Source: Hypanus sabinus (taxonomy: Eukaryota). From it: DNA of 64,000 bases. The translations under genes were made by a program, and so were the position numbers. The stretch spans positions 125,240,001-125,304,000 of the forward strand of contig NC_082709.1 in NCBI RefSeq assembly GCF_030144855.1. The letters are read 5' to 3'. The notes beneath the pieces are model-generated. The model made no database searches, was not told the origin of the DNA, and saw only the letters and a list, made by a program, of their open reading frames with translations. Shown in pieces: positions 51,480-64,000 of the stretch; positions within the stretch are counted from its first letter, which is position 1; each line of letters starts with the position of its first letter.

Positions 51480-54150
51480 TCTGATATTCATAGTCAATGC
51501 AGACACCAAAGCAGAAGTTAGAAAAGGGAAAAGATTGGAGTGGAGTACAAAAGAGCCGAGTTCAAAAAGCACAAAGATTACTAGATTCTAAAAGGACCAC
51601 TAGTGTGAGGGTATTTTATCTAAATGCTGCAATACTCAAAGCAAGGCCCGTAAAGTTGTGGCACAAATCAGTACAACAGGGTATGATTTTATGGTGTTTT
51701 CAGAAACATGGTTGCAGGGTGGAGATGTTTGGCAATTAAATATGCAAAGATATCAGATACTATTGAAGGACAGGCAGAAAGGCAAAAGAGGTGGGATGGT
51801 GCTTTTAATTAAAATGAGATCAGGGCATACTGAGAGGCTGTATAAGATCTATGGAGCTAAATGTTGAATCTATTTGGGTAGAAATTAGGAATAGTAAAGG
51901 GAAGCAGTCATTGGTGTGAGTTGTCTATAGGCCACCAGATAATGACATTACAGTGGTACAAGAAATAAACTTAAATATCTGATGCCTATAAGAATGGAAA
52001 GGCTGCGGTCATGGTGTATTAAACATGCATATAGATTGTGCGAATCAAGTTGGTCCAGACAGATTCAGGAGGATTTCATAGAATGCATCCTTTATTAGTA
52101 GCTTTCTTGAACAGCATATTACTGAACCTATAAGGGAACGTGCTGTCTTGTATCTCGTCCTGTGCAATGAGATGGGTAAAATTAATGATGTTGTAGTTAG
52201 AGATCCTCTTGGAAAGAGTGATTACAGCATAATTGAATTTCTCATACAAATGGAGGAGGTAGTGGTTCCATCTAAACCAGTGTATTGTGACTAAATAAGG
52301 AAGACAACTTAGGATCACGAAGAAATTGGTTAGTGTAGACTGCAAACACAGAATATATGGTAGAACAGTTGAACAAATTTTTTATGGTTCTCAACAAAGT
52401 TATATTCCAGTTAAAAGCAATGATGGTAAGGGAAGGGAGAGCCAGCCTTAGATAACTTGGGAAATAAAAAGTAAGGCATCAAACTAAAGTTCATGCACAC
52501 AAAATCACCAAGAAAGAAAAGGAAGATGGATTGTGAAACTAAACTAGCACAAAATGTAAAAATGGATAGTAAAAGCTTTTATAGTTGTGTATAAGGAGGG
52601 CAGTTAAAGTGAACATTTGTCCCTTAGAAGGTGGAAATAAAATTTTATGATGCAGAACTGGGCAAGGCTTTGAACAACTATTATGTAAGTCTTCACAGTG
52701 GAGGACTCTCCTAACATCCCAAAATGTGATCTAAGTTGAAGTCCTCAATACAATTACTGTTGCTGAAGAAATAGTGCCAAGCAAGCTAGTGGGCTCAAGG
52801 ATGGATGTTTCCTAGTCTTGATGGAATGCATCCCTGGGTACTGAAAGAAATGTCAGAGTATTCAGAAGATGGTTTTGTAATAATTTACCAAGATTTCCTG
52901 GATTTTGGGCAGGTACTGGTGGATTAGAAGGCAACGAATGTCATGACACTTTTTAAAAAAAACTATGTTAAGCAAAATGTAGGTAACTATAGACCAGCTC
53001 CTAAATGTCTGTAGTCAGGAGAATGTTTGATGCTATCACTAAGGATGAAATAGTGTGATATCCAGGTAGAAATGGTTCCATCAGGCAGATATAACATGGA
53101 TTCAGGAAGGGCAGGTTCTTTTTGACAGATTTAGTGGAGTTCTTTTAAGGATATTATGAATGCAGTGGATGAAGTGGAACAGGTGGATTTTAGAATGCAA
53201 TGGATTCTGATTCATTGGGTCACAACAGGATCCAGTACATTTCAGTCCAATTAGCTGGTTTCATGGAAATAGTTAAAAATATATGAAAAAGACAAACTAC
53301 CGTTTAACTGAGTAACAAATTACGTATTCAAATGAAATACAGAACAAATTGGAACACTACAGATACCATTACAGTACTATGAAACTGCAGGAGTTCAGAA
53401 TGATTAATGACAGATGTACTTCATCCAGTGTACATTGACTGTAAATAAACAAAATTAATGCAGAGAATGGACTGCTTTCATACAATGCTTTCACAGATTG
53501 CATTCTTTAAATTTTGATTTTCATTGTAACATTCAAGATGATTGTAGATACTTTCAAATTCTTCATTGTTCCCAACTTGTTGAAGTTGTGAAATCATTTC
53601 TTTTTCATTCCTGGCTGTTCCTGGCATCTCCAAGCCTGAATGCTTACAACCACAGTGAGCAAAACAGTTCCAAATTGTCTTACTACTTATTTCTTGCCAA
53701 CTACCAGTGACAGAATTTACTGCTCTTTGCATGGAATTGATGCTATTTTAGAAACTTCACTCTAAACACAGTGTAGTGTCTAATGGCCACAGAGGTATAC
53801 ACAACTGAAGTACATTAGAAGATGTTCAGCAACAGTCTGCTGTCCTAATTAAGTGGCATAGTGTCCCACTTAAATGAAGGAAAACACAGCTATTTTCTTG
53901 GATTTGTTTTTATTCTTCAAGTTGTCCCAGATAAGCAGCTGCCCTAATTAACCAATGGCGCAATTAACTGGAATCCACTGTACTTGGATTTCCAGAAGGC
54001 ATTCGACTAGGTGTCACATAAAAGACATCCAAAAGATAAGGATGCATGGAGTTGGGTGTAATCTATTATTATGGATAGAGGATTTGTTAATCAATAGAAG
54101 GCAGAGAGTTGGGATAAATTGTTGGTGGAAATTGTTGGTTAAAGTTTGAA
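51480..54150 (+). mobile_element. Degenerate CR1 LINE ORF2 (endonuclease to RT), interrupted by a DNA transposon
   Basis: RVFYLNA, FSETWLQ, KDRQKGKRGG, RDPLGKSDY and YLDFQKAFD remnants. Confidence 0.8.
53198..53980 (-). mobile_element. pogo/Tigger-type DNA transposon deletion derivative
   Basis: TIRs CAATGGATTCTGATTCATTG / CAATTAACTGGAATCCACTG plus TA. ORF 53478-53732 SWQEISSKTIWNCFAHCG resembles the Tigger C-terminus. Splits a CR1 RT motif. Confidence 0.75.
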
Positions 54151-54169
54151 CATAAAACATTAAGCAAGC

Positions 54170-55585
54170 AACTCAGGACTAGTCCATGGTGTGTGTGCCG
54201 ACCATGATAACAGACTACAATAACCACCCCATTTCCTGCCTGTTTATGTGTGAACCTAAATGCCTTTTTAAACATTGTTCTACCTACTTTCATCATCTCC
54301 CCTGACATGTGTTCCAAGCACAATTCTTTGTACAAACAAAATAAAACTTGCTTTGTAAATTGTTTAGACTTTCCCATTCTCTCTTTAAAGCTATGCCCTC
54401 TGATGTTTGATATTTCCACTCTGGTAGAAAGACACAGACTCTTCCCTTTTTGTGCTTTTCATAATTTTATGCGCTTTCATCAGGTCACCCCTCAGCCTCT
54501 GGTGCTCCAGAACAAAAAGTTCAGGTTTGTCCAACTTCACCTTCTAGATTATAACACTTTAAACATCCCAGTGAACCTCTTCTGCACCCTCCCCAAAGCC
54601 TCCATATCCTTCCTGTAATGCAGCAACAAGAACTCCATGCAAAGCTCCAAATGTGGCTGAATCAGTTCTTGTTATACCTGCAACGTGACTTTGCTGATTT
54701 TTGTACTGGGACCAATGAAAGCAAGCATGCCCTATGCTGCTTTTAACACGCTATCTACTTGTGTTACTACTTTTGAGGAAGTATGAACTTGTGCCCAAAA
54801 ATTCCTTTGTACTTACTACTCCGAATCGTCCTGCTATTTATTGCATAGTTTCTTTATGTATTTGACTTTGCAAAGTGCAATACTTCACATTTGACTCTGC
54901 CATTGTTCTGCCCATATTTTCAAGTGATCTATATACTGCTAGTTCCTTTAACAATCTTCCTAACTAGTCATGATGCTGCAGTTTTTTGTGCCATTTCCAG
55001 ACTTGCTAATCAGCTATCTTACATTTTATCTAAATCATAAATATCCTGAAACAAAGGGTTCCGGACTGATTACCACAGAGTATCACAGATCTTTGACCAA
55101 CAATAAGAATAATGCCCCTCCACTACCACTCTCTGTTTTCTACAGCCAAACCAACTTGAATCTATTCTACCAAATCTCCATGGACCCATGTGACTAAACC
55201 TTTTGGATCAGCGTACCATGAGATTCCTTTTCAAATGATTTAGTAATGGCCCTGCTACCCACGCAGCCTTGCCCCCAACATAACCTAATCAGCTTCATAA
55301 GAAATGCTGTCCTCTACACAAAGCCATGCTGACTAATAATTCCATGCTTTTCTACATCTAAGCCCAAAGAATCAACTCTAATAATTTCCCTACCACTGTT
55401 GTGAAACTCACTGACCTATAATTTTTTATTATCCCTACTGCGCTTAAATGAAGGAACAGCATTGGCTGTTCTTCAATGCTCCAGGACTCAAAGGCCCCAG
55501 CAATCTCCTCTCTTGTCTCCCTCAATAACCTGAGAGAGATCCCATCAGGCCATAGGTGCCTATCCAGTTTAATGTTTGTCAAAGG
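54170..55585 (-). mobile_element. Degenerate CR1 LINE fragment
   Basis: PDGISLRLLRETREEIAG...NYRSVSFTTVVGKLLE; ISNIRGHSFK. Confidence 0.7.
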
Positions 55586-55702
55586 ACCTGGCGCCGCCGC
55601 CTCCTTCTGGGCAAAGGCGTGCTTCCAATGGCCATTTTGTGTAATATAAACTGTTTTCTCAGCATTGTGTAATTATGTCATGGCTTACTTTATATTTTTC
55701 AG

Positions 55703-55806
55703 GGTTGTGGGAGGAATTCAGAAGGACAACATGCTCTTAAACATTACAAGGGGCCACATTCAGATACACATTCTGTGGCTCTTTGTTTGGACAACTGGAG
55801 CACCTG
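55703..55806 (+). CDS. USP16: USP16 coding exon 3 (ZnF-UBP)
   Basis: GCGRNSEGQHALKHYKGPHSDTHSVALCLDNWST(W); acceptor tttttcag, donor TG|gtatgt; 104 nt. Confidence 0.96.
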
Positions 55807-56409
55807 GTATGTTGACTTGTGTAGGGCAGATATTCATTTATATATGATTGACTGCTATTTTGATAGTCGATTTGTTGTGGGATCCTGATTAACCAATTAT
55901 GATGAATACACAAATAGTTTCCAGAATGATCAAAAAATATTTTTGATACAGTTTTAATGCGTTTTTACCAGTTAGTGACTGCATGGGACTGGGTACCAGA
56001 GAGGATCCACTGGAGTTGAAAATTGAGTTTCTGAATTACCTATCATAGAATTATTTTCCACTAGCAAGTGTACCCTAAAGGCTGTAGAAAAGTTCACCAT
56101 ATCACCTTCTGAACTCTTTAGGAAAAATGTGATTAAGCTAGAGTTGGTGCAGAAAACATTTGCATGAGTTGCTTAGATTGGAGAGCTTGAATTTCAAGAA
56201 GAACTGGGATAGATTAGATCTATTTTTCCAGGAAGTGACTTGCTGTATAAAATTGAGAGGCAAAGGTTGGGTAGGTTGCTAGTGTCTGCTTCCCATGTTT
56301 AGAGGTGTCTAAAACTAGAGATTTTGGGAAAATTTGCATTTCCAATAAATTGGTCTCTTTATTAAAGGAGTGTGGGGGAGGGGAATTTGGATAATTACTG
56401 CAAACGAGA

Positions 56410-59350
56410 TACCATATGATACAAGATCAGAATTAGACCATTTGGCCCATTAAGTCTGCTGCACCATTTTGATTGATTATTTTTCCTCCCAACCCCATAG
56501 TTTCACCTTCTCCCTGTACCATTTGATGCCCAGATTAGTCAGGAGCCTTTCAACCTCTGCTTTAAATATATCCAATGACTTGGCCTCCACAGGTTTACCA
56601 CCATCTAGCTAAAGAAAATTTTCCTTATCTCTGTTCATAAAGGGACATCCATCTATACTGAGGCTGTACCCTCTTGTGCTATACTTTCCTACTATTGAAA
56701 ACATCACCTCATGTCCACTCTGTACGGGCCTTCAGTGAAATCCCCCACTCATTCTATAATCTCCAGCCACATACAGCCTCACCAATGTCTTATACAATTT
56801 CAATGTAACATCCCAATTCTTGTACCCAGAACTGATTTATGAAGGCTATGGGCTGAAAAGCACTTTTTTTTTCACAACCTTGTCTACCTGTGATGACAGT
56901 TTCAAGGGAATATGGACCTGTATACCCAGATTCCTCTGCTCGACCTCACTCATTGGTCTCCTACAATTCACTGTGTAAGTCCTACCCTAGTTTGTTCTTG
57001 CAAAGTGCAACACCTCACAATTGTCTACATTAAATTCTATCTGCTATTTTACCAGCTGTAGCAGATCCTGCTGCAAGCTTTCTCGAGCCCTACACCCCCC
57101 CCCCCCCCCAATCTTGGCATCTTCTGCAAATTTGCTGATTCAGTTTATCACATTATCATCCAGATTGTTTGATATAAAGTAGGTGATTAGCAAGAACGGA
57201 CTAAGCACTAATGCCTGTGGCACATCACTGGTCACAAGCCTTCATTCAGAGAGGCAACCATCTACTGCTACCCTCTGGCTTCTCCAACAAAGCCAATGTC
57301 TAATCGAATTTACCAGTTCATCCTGAATACCAAGTGACTGAATTTTCTTGACCAGTCTTCCATGTGGGACCTTGTCAAGGGCCTTGCTAAAGTCCGCGTA
57401 ATCAACATCCACTGCTATTCATTCCTGGTAACCTCCTTGAATATCTATCCCAATATTTTATATCTGATTCCTTAGAATACCTTCCAATAATTTACCAACT
57501 ACTGATGTCTGACTCACCAGACATAATTTCTGGACTTATTCTTGAACAACGGAACAGAATTAGCTACCTCCATTTCTCCGGCACCTTACCTGTGGCTAAG
57601 GACATTTTTAATACTTCTGCTAGGGCCCCTGTGATTTCTGCACTAGTCTCCCACGAGGGTCAAAGGAACACCTTGTCAGTCCTTGGGGATTTATTCACCC
57701 TAATTTGCCTCTGGACAGCAAGCACCTCCTCCTGTCCAAGCATATAAAGTCCACAACCTCTCTGCTGCTTTACCTCAGTTCTATAGGCAGTGTGACCATC
57801 TCCCAAGTAAATACAGATGCAAAAAAAACATTTAAGATCTCCCACATTTTTTTCAGCTCCATGCATAGATGGCGACTCAGTGCTTCAACAGGAGCAATTT
57901 TGTCCCTTGCTCTTGCTATACCTGAGGAAGTCTTGCAGATTCTCCTTTACCTTGTCTGCTGGAGCAACGTCATTCTTTCCTCCTGATTTCCTTCTTGCAC
58001 CCCCCCCCCCCCGGGGGCCCCATCAAATTATTTACATTATTTATTTATTTATTCATTGAGATATTTATTGATTTGTTATGCTCCACTGTATCTAATTTGT
58101 TGTGCTGCCTGTACCTGCTATGTACCTCCTTGACCAGAGCTTCAATATCTGTTGAAAACCATGGTGCCGTAAAAGTGTTAACTTTGCCTTTTATTCTGAC
58201 AGGAACACACAAAACCTAATCTCAAAATTTCACTTTTCAACCCCTCCCCCACTTACCAGATATCCCTTTTCCAGAACCAAGCTTTTCCAATCCGCACTTG
58301 TCAGATCCTTTCCGATATCATCAAAATTGGTCTTCCTCCAACTTAGATTTTCAACCCAAGGATATAACCTATCTTCATAATTATCCAGAATCTAATGAAA
58401 TTATTATCACTAGATACGAAGTGTTTCGCACACATCCTTCTGACACCTGCTCTGTCTCATTTCCTAAAGGAAGATCCAGTATCACACTCTCTGCGGCTTT
58501 TACACGTTGATTAAATAAACTTTCATGAACCCATTTGACAAACTCTATCCCATACAATTCTGTTACAGTATGGGAGTCCCAGTCAATATGTGGTAAGTTA
58601 AAGTCATCTACTATCACCATCTTGTTTCTCTTGCAAATGTCTGCTATATTTCTGATATTTTATACCACCCATGTAGCCTCAGTAGACAAGACTTCCAATC
58701 TGTCCAGCACCCAAACTGCTCACAATATTACAAATATGGTCTGACCAACACCATATAAAGCCTCAGCATTACATCCTTGCTTTTGTATGCTGGTCTTCTC
58801 AAAGTGAATGTAACATTGCATTTATCTTCCTTGCTAGCAACTCAATCTGTAAGTTAACTGTGAGGAAATCATGCAATATAACTCCCAAGTCCCTTTGCAA
58901 CTCCAATTTCTGAATTTGCTCCCCATTTTAAAAAAAATACTTTATGCCTTATTACTTCCACCAAAGTACATGCCCATGCACTTCCCTATGACATATTCTG
59001 TCTGCTACCTCTTTGCCCATTCTCCTAATCTGTCATATCCTTATGCAAATTACGTGTCCCTCCACCTAATTTTTTATCATCTGCAAACTTGGTCACAATG
59101 CTATTAACTCTGACATCCAGATCATTAACATATCACATGAAAAGTAATAAACCCAATACCAATCCCTGCATAACACAACTAGTGGCAGCCAACCAGCAAG
59201 CCTCTACCTTTATTCTCACTCTTTGCCTTCTGCCAGTCAGTTAATCTTCTGTCCATGCTAGTATCTTTCCTGTAATACCATGGGTACTCATTTTGTTTCC
59301 AGCCTCGTGTGGCATCTTGTCTAATGCTTTCTGTAATTTACGTCCACAGA
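56410..59350 (-). mobile_element. Cluster of nested degenerate CR1 fragments
   Basis: VIVDDFNLPHIDW, VILDLPLGNE and several partial RT and 3'-UTR segments. Confidence 0.65.
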
Positions 59351-59592
59351 CTCTTTTGTCTATCCTGCCAGTTATTTAGTTAGTAATGCAGTACAGAAAC
59401 AGGCCCTTCAGTCCATTCAGTCCCTGCTGAATTATTGTTCTACCTAGTCCCATTGACCTGCATATGACCGGAAGCCCTCCATACCCCTCCCATTCATGTA
59501 CTTAGCCAAATTACTCTTGTATGTGAAATTGAACCTGCATCCACTACCGCTGGCAGCACAGTCCAAACTCTCGCCACCTCATGTTTTCCTAA

Positions 59593-60428
59593 ATAAGTAG
59601 TAGGCAGCCTTCGATCCCAGAGGATGATGGGTTTGTGCCTCTGGTGGACTGTGTCCTCTCCGGGTGCAAGCCTGGGTGGGAAGATTTGAAGAACCGGCTG
59701 TTGTCCAAACAGCAGGTTCCCCCTCTCCACGTCACTGATGTAGTCCAAGGGAAGGACAAGTGCCGATACACCTTAGCACCAGTATTGTCACAGAGATTGC
59801 CAGAGTGGAGTTATAAACAACATCGAACTGCCTTAGGGACCCCAGCTCCGGATTTCTTCCTTGGTTTTTACTCCCGAAGCCTTTCCCATGGGTGGGTATG
59901 GCTGCAAGGCAGTGGAGGTTTAAAATCGGAAACTTCCTTCTCCTCAGCGAGCTGCCGTCCAAGGCTGATGAGCACCACCTGCCTGAAGCATCTGGTTTTG
60001 AGGCGCCAGTGGTCCGCCTTTGCCCCTTTTCTTGTCAGTAGAAACAGTTCCACCAGACCTAGTAGCTAAGCCACATGTGAAGGCCAAGAGTTGGACTAGG
60101 TGGTCAGAAGCTGTCAAAAGACGCACACCATTAGGAGCACTTTATAGTTAGTGGGACCTTATCCCCACTACCACCCCCAGCTATGACAACCTTAGGAATC
60201 TCCCATAAGTAACTCACTTCCTACAGTAGCTTGTCCTCTGTCAAATTGTGCCCAGGTGCAGCCCGTTTTGCCTTCTAGATGAAGATCTTCCCTCCTCCAG
60301 GGATGAGGTGATTGGAGCTTCTGTTGGCATTTCAGTCGCACTGAATTTTTACAGGATAGGGTTGCTAGCCCCATGTCCAACCTTCCTCTTTTCACAGCTG
60401 GGCTTGGGACCATTCATGGTGGAGTTAC
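59593..60428 (-). mobile_element. Internally deleted RTE-clade retroelement inserted in a CR1 3' end (~59375-61310)
   Basis: RTE-like 5' motif GGTCCCAAGCCC...GGTTGGACATGGGGCTAGCAACCCTATCCTGTAAAA, and RTE-like 3' end GGGATCGAAGGCTGCCTACTACT. No RT domain between them; CR1 sequence is continuous on both sides. Confidence 0.65.
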
Positions 60429-61489
60429 AAATATTTCACCATTCACCTTGACCCATGACCTCGAGTTCTAGTTTCACCCAACCTCAGTGCAAAAAGACTG
60501 CTTGCCCTATCTATACCGTTCATAATTTTGTTTACCTCTTATATAATCTCCTCTCAATCTTTTACATTCCAAGGAATAAAGTCCTAAATCTATTCAACTT
60601 TTCCCCATAACTCAGCTCCTCAAATTCTAACAGCATCTTTAAATTTTCTCTGCACTCTTTGAATTTTCTTGATATTTTATCCTTAATGATGGATACTGAT
60701 GTTTTACCAACCACTGAAGTCAGGCCAATTAGACTAAAATTTCCAGTCCTTTGCCTCCTGCCACATCCCTTAAATAGTGGACCAATATTTGTGATTTTTC
60801 AGTCTTCCAGAACCTTTCCAGAATCCTGTGATGCTTGAAAGATCACTGCTATTGCCTCTACAATCTTTTCAGCAATCTCTTTCAGAACCCTATGGTGTAG
60901 TCCATCTGGTCTACCTAGCTACCTAGCTACCTTCAGACCTCGCACCCTCCCAAGCACCTTCTCCTTAGTAATAGCAACTACACTCACTTCTGTTCCCTGA
61001 CCCACTCAAATTTTAGCTGGTGTCTTCCACGGTAAAGATGACACAAAGTACTTTCAGTTTGCCGGCTATTTTTGTTTCCCATTACTAGTATCCAGTATCA
61101 TTTTCCAATGGTCTGGTGTCTACTTTTGCCCCCCTTTTACTTTGCGTGTATCTGTAAATATTTCTGGTATCCTCTTTTGTAATTGATGAGCTTACCTTTA
61201 TATTTCACCTTTTCTCTCCTTACTGGTTTTTTTAGTTGCATTCTGTTGTTTTTTGAAAGCTTCCTAATCCTTTAGTTTCCCTGTAACTTTTGCCATATTG
61301 TATGCCTTCTGTTTTTCTCATAAGACAAAAGGTGAAGGCAATCTTTTAGTAGTGTACTAAAAAAAAAGACCAATGGATTAAAGTTATAAAAGAAAAAACA
61401 AATCGGGGAAAGAAAGATTGATTAAGGTACAATGAAATGTTCACATTGTATGTGGTTGATTTCATTAACTTTTAGTTACTTCATCGCAG

Positions 61490-61593
61490 GTGCTATTTGT
61501 GTGATAATGCAGTACATTATGAACCCACGGACCAGTTAGGACAACTTGTAAGCCTTGTCAAAAAAATGGTTGCTGGCAAATCCACTAAAGAAG
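61490..61593 (+). CDS. USP16: USP16 coding exon 4
   Basis: (W)CYLCDNAVHYEPTDQLGQLVSLVKKMVAGKSTKE; acceptor catcgcag, donor G|gtgagt; 104 nt. Confidence 0.95.
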
Positions 61594-61886
61594 GTGAGTT
61601 GTCCAGAGGTCTTTAAAATAATTGCAGTTTGTAATCTTGTACACCTGCAAAACTTTCTGCACAAGCAGCCTGCTGAAAATTGCTTTTGCTAGCATTACAA
61701 TCCATTTAAGGACTGCAGAAAATCAGTTGACTGCCTTTCTGATAAAGTAATTAGATGCATGTCTACAATCTGCATTACTACTGAATTATGGATGTTGTAG
61801 TTGTTTTGATGGCAGTAGCTGAAGGGACAGATTAATGCAATTTGAAAATGTATTGAGTTTAATTTGCTCCATATTTCTTGTTACAG

Positions 61887-62047
61887 CTACATTCCCTCTG
61901 TCACATGAAAATGATAATGATAAGGGAAGACAAGACAATGAAACAGATGCTGAGAAAGAAAGCAGTTGGGAAGAGAAGAACCAGCAAATATCAGTGAAAG
62001 GACTTAGCAATCTTGGGAATACATGTTTTTTCAATGCTGTCATACAG
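61887..62047 (+). CDS. USP16: USP16 coding exon 5 (catalytic Cys box)
   Basis: ...QISVKGLSNLGNTCFFNAVIQ; acceptor tgttacag, donor CAG|gtgact. Confidence 0.96.
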
Positions 62048-62349
62048 GTGACTAACATGAAACACCAACCATGCTATCTTAAAAACATTAGATAGTTAGT
62101 TCTCATTTTGTTTAGGTGATATTTTATACCTTATTTCAAAAATTGCTTTTAACGGGTAAATGTCAAGCTAATTTCACTCAGAAGCAACTGCGTGCCGCAG
62201 GACTTGGACAGTATCCTTGCAAATAGCAATTGCTTCACAAAGGTGCTACCTATCCTTGATAACCAATGGCATTATCATTGCTGAGTTCCGCACCACCAGT
62301 GTCCTGGATTGGCCATGTATGTACCATGATTACTACAGCAAGTCAGGGC

Positions 62350-62880
62350 ATAAGACCATAAGATTTAGGAGCAGAAGTAGGCCATTCGGCCCATTGAGTC
62401 TGCTCCGCCATTCAATCATGGGCTGATCCAGTCATCCCCACTCCACTGCTTTCACCCCATACCTTTTGATGCCCTGGCTAATCAAGAACCTATCTATCTC
62501 TGCCTTAAATACACCCAATGACTTGGCCTCCACAGCTGCTTGTGGCAACAAATTCCACAGATTTACCACCCTCTGACTAAAGTAATTTCTCTGCATCTCA
62601 GTTCTGAAAGGATGTTCTTCAATCCTGAAGTCGTGCCCTCTTGTCCTAGAATCCCCTACCATGGGAAATAACTTTGCCATATCTAATCTGTTCAGGCTTT
62701 TTAACATTTGGAATGTTTTTATGAGATCTTCCCTCATTCTCCTGAACTCCAGGGAATACAGCCCAAGAGCTGCCAGACATTCCTCATATGGTAACCCTCT
62801 CATTCTTAGAATCATTCTCGTGAATCTTCACTGAACCCTTTCCAATGTCAGTATATCCTTTCTAAAATAAGGTGCCCAAA
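62350..62880 (-). mobile_element. CR1 3' fragment (relatively young)
   Basis: ORF 62432-62815 LGLYSLEFRRMREDLI...FSQRVVNLWNLLP; (TCTTATGG)-type tail. Confidence 0.85.
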
Positions 62881-63054
62881 TTTATCTCTTGACAGACTCT
62901 GCCTTCCCAGCGTCTACAAGGCCCAAATCAGGGTCCTAATGAAGCACTTTCCACTTGCCTTGATGTGCACTGTTAACAGCTCTTTAAGAATTTTGATGCC
63001 ATCTAGAATAAGGCAAACTTCTTAATTGACTCCTCCTCCACCAAGTTAAATGAA

Positions 63055-63335
63055 CACATACAAACACGCTGGATGAACTCAGCAGGTCGGACAGCATCCG
63101 TTGAAAAGAGCAGTCAACGTTTTGGGCCAAGACCCTTTGTCAGGACTGAAGAAGGAGGGGGCAGGGACCCTATAAAGAAGGTGGGGGGAGGGGAAGGTGC
63201 AGGTGAAAAATCAGTCAGAGGAAAGATCAAGGGGTGGGAGAGGGGAAGCAAGGAAGGGATAGGCAGGAGAGAGGTGAAGAAGGAATGTAAAAGGAAAGGA
63301 CTATGGGTAGTAGAAGAAGGCAGAGTCATGAGAGA
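63055..63335 (-). mobile_element. Penelope-like pLTR fragment with a mutated hammerhead core
   Basis: Minus strand CAGTC CTGACAA AGGGTCTTGGCCC AAAA CGTT GACTG (core G>A changes) plus a purine-rich pLTR body. Confidence 0.75.
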
Positions 63336-63852
63336 GTTAAATGTGCAGTTCCTTCAGCACTGGTACACAGTGGTTGAACTGTGTAGCGTTCACAAAATGT
63401 GCTGTACTCGTGTAGGTTACTTACACAGCAGGTGGTTAAACAAATTACCTTTACACCAAGAAGGACAAGGCAATAAGCAGATGAAAACACCATTCCTCCA
63501 AATTTCACTTCTTTAGGAAATATATCACCAGTCAATCCTGGAACTCTCAGTACTATGGGAGCACATTCATCAGAATGGGGTCATCACTACTTTCTAAGGA
63601 GCAGGTAGGAATCAGCAAAAAATGCTGGCCTTGCTGGGAATACCCAGATCCCAAAAAATGAAACTAGTTTGAACAATGATATAATTGCAATACAATCTCC
63701 AGCAACTCAGTTAACCTGATTTTGTAAAGTTAGAGTACATTTTTTGTTTCCTTACCCCTGTAGTTTAAGAACTTTGTGGCCATTTTATATAGGGATTTTT
63801 TTTAATAACTTTTAATATTTGACAAACGCTATTCTTTATTTTTTAAACCTAG

Positions 63853-63948
63853 ATCTTGTCGCAGACCTATGTGCTGAATGAGATGATTCGTGGAACAAAA
63901 ATGAATGGAAATACATTGACAATTATAACTCCTAATTCTTCAGACCTG
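63853..63948 (+). CDS. USP16: USP16 coding exon 6; gene continues beyond the right edge
   Basis: ILSQTYVLNEMIRGTKMNGNTLTIITPNSSDL; acceptor aaacctag, donor CTG|gtgggt; 96 nt, phase 0/0. Confidence 0.9.
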
Positions 63949-64000
63949 GTGGGTGTTTGGAAAGCTTATGTTCATTCATTTGAATTATAGATAATGACCA

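Noticed and set aside
61887-63948. USP45 rather than USP16; unusual Ile in Q-ILSQT
   Set aside because: MGKK start, GLSNLGNTCFFN and synteny favour USP16. The residue after the Cys-box Gln is variable among USPs, and the Zn ligands and catalytic Cys are intact.

Overview
Repeat-rich vertebrate genomic DNA. The CR1/Rex-Babar/L1/Penelope/V-SINE-type landscape suggests a cartilaginous fish, probably a batoid (inference). Three spliced genes lie in the same order as on human chr21: the 5' end of LTN1 (minus, coding exons 1-2), the complete RWDD2B CDS (minus, 4 coding exons, 291 aa) and the 5' part of USP16 (plus, 6 coding exons, 234 aa covering the ZnF-UBP domain and Cys box). RWDD2B and USP16 share a CpG-rich bidirectional promoter. 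Most other sequence is transposon-derived. Notable items: (1) Penelope-like elements carrying minimal type-I hammerhead ribozyme motifs, including an intact-looking copy upstream of LTN1 and a TSD-flanked GIY-YIG element with inverted pLTRs in a USP16 intron; (2) a full-length TSD-bounded L1 in RWDD2B intron 1, containing a nested CR1 and a solo LTR; (3) a 41-bp minisatellite with period-3 higher-order structure inside a SINE; (4) a young tRNA-Arg-like SINE and an internally deleted RTE. Gene, family and ortholog assignments come from recalled motifs, not database searches. Boundaries of old repeats are approximate.
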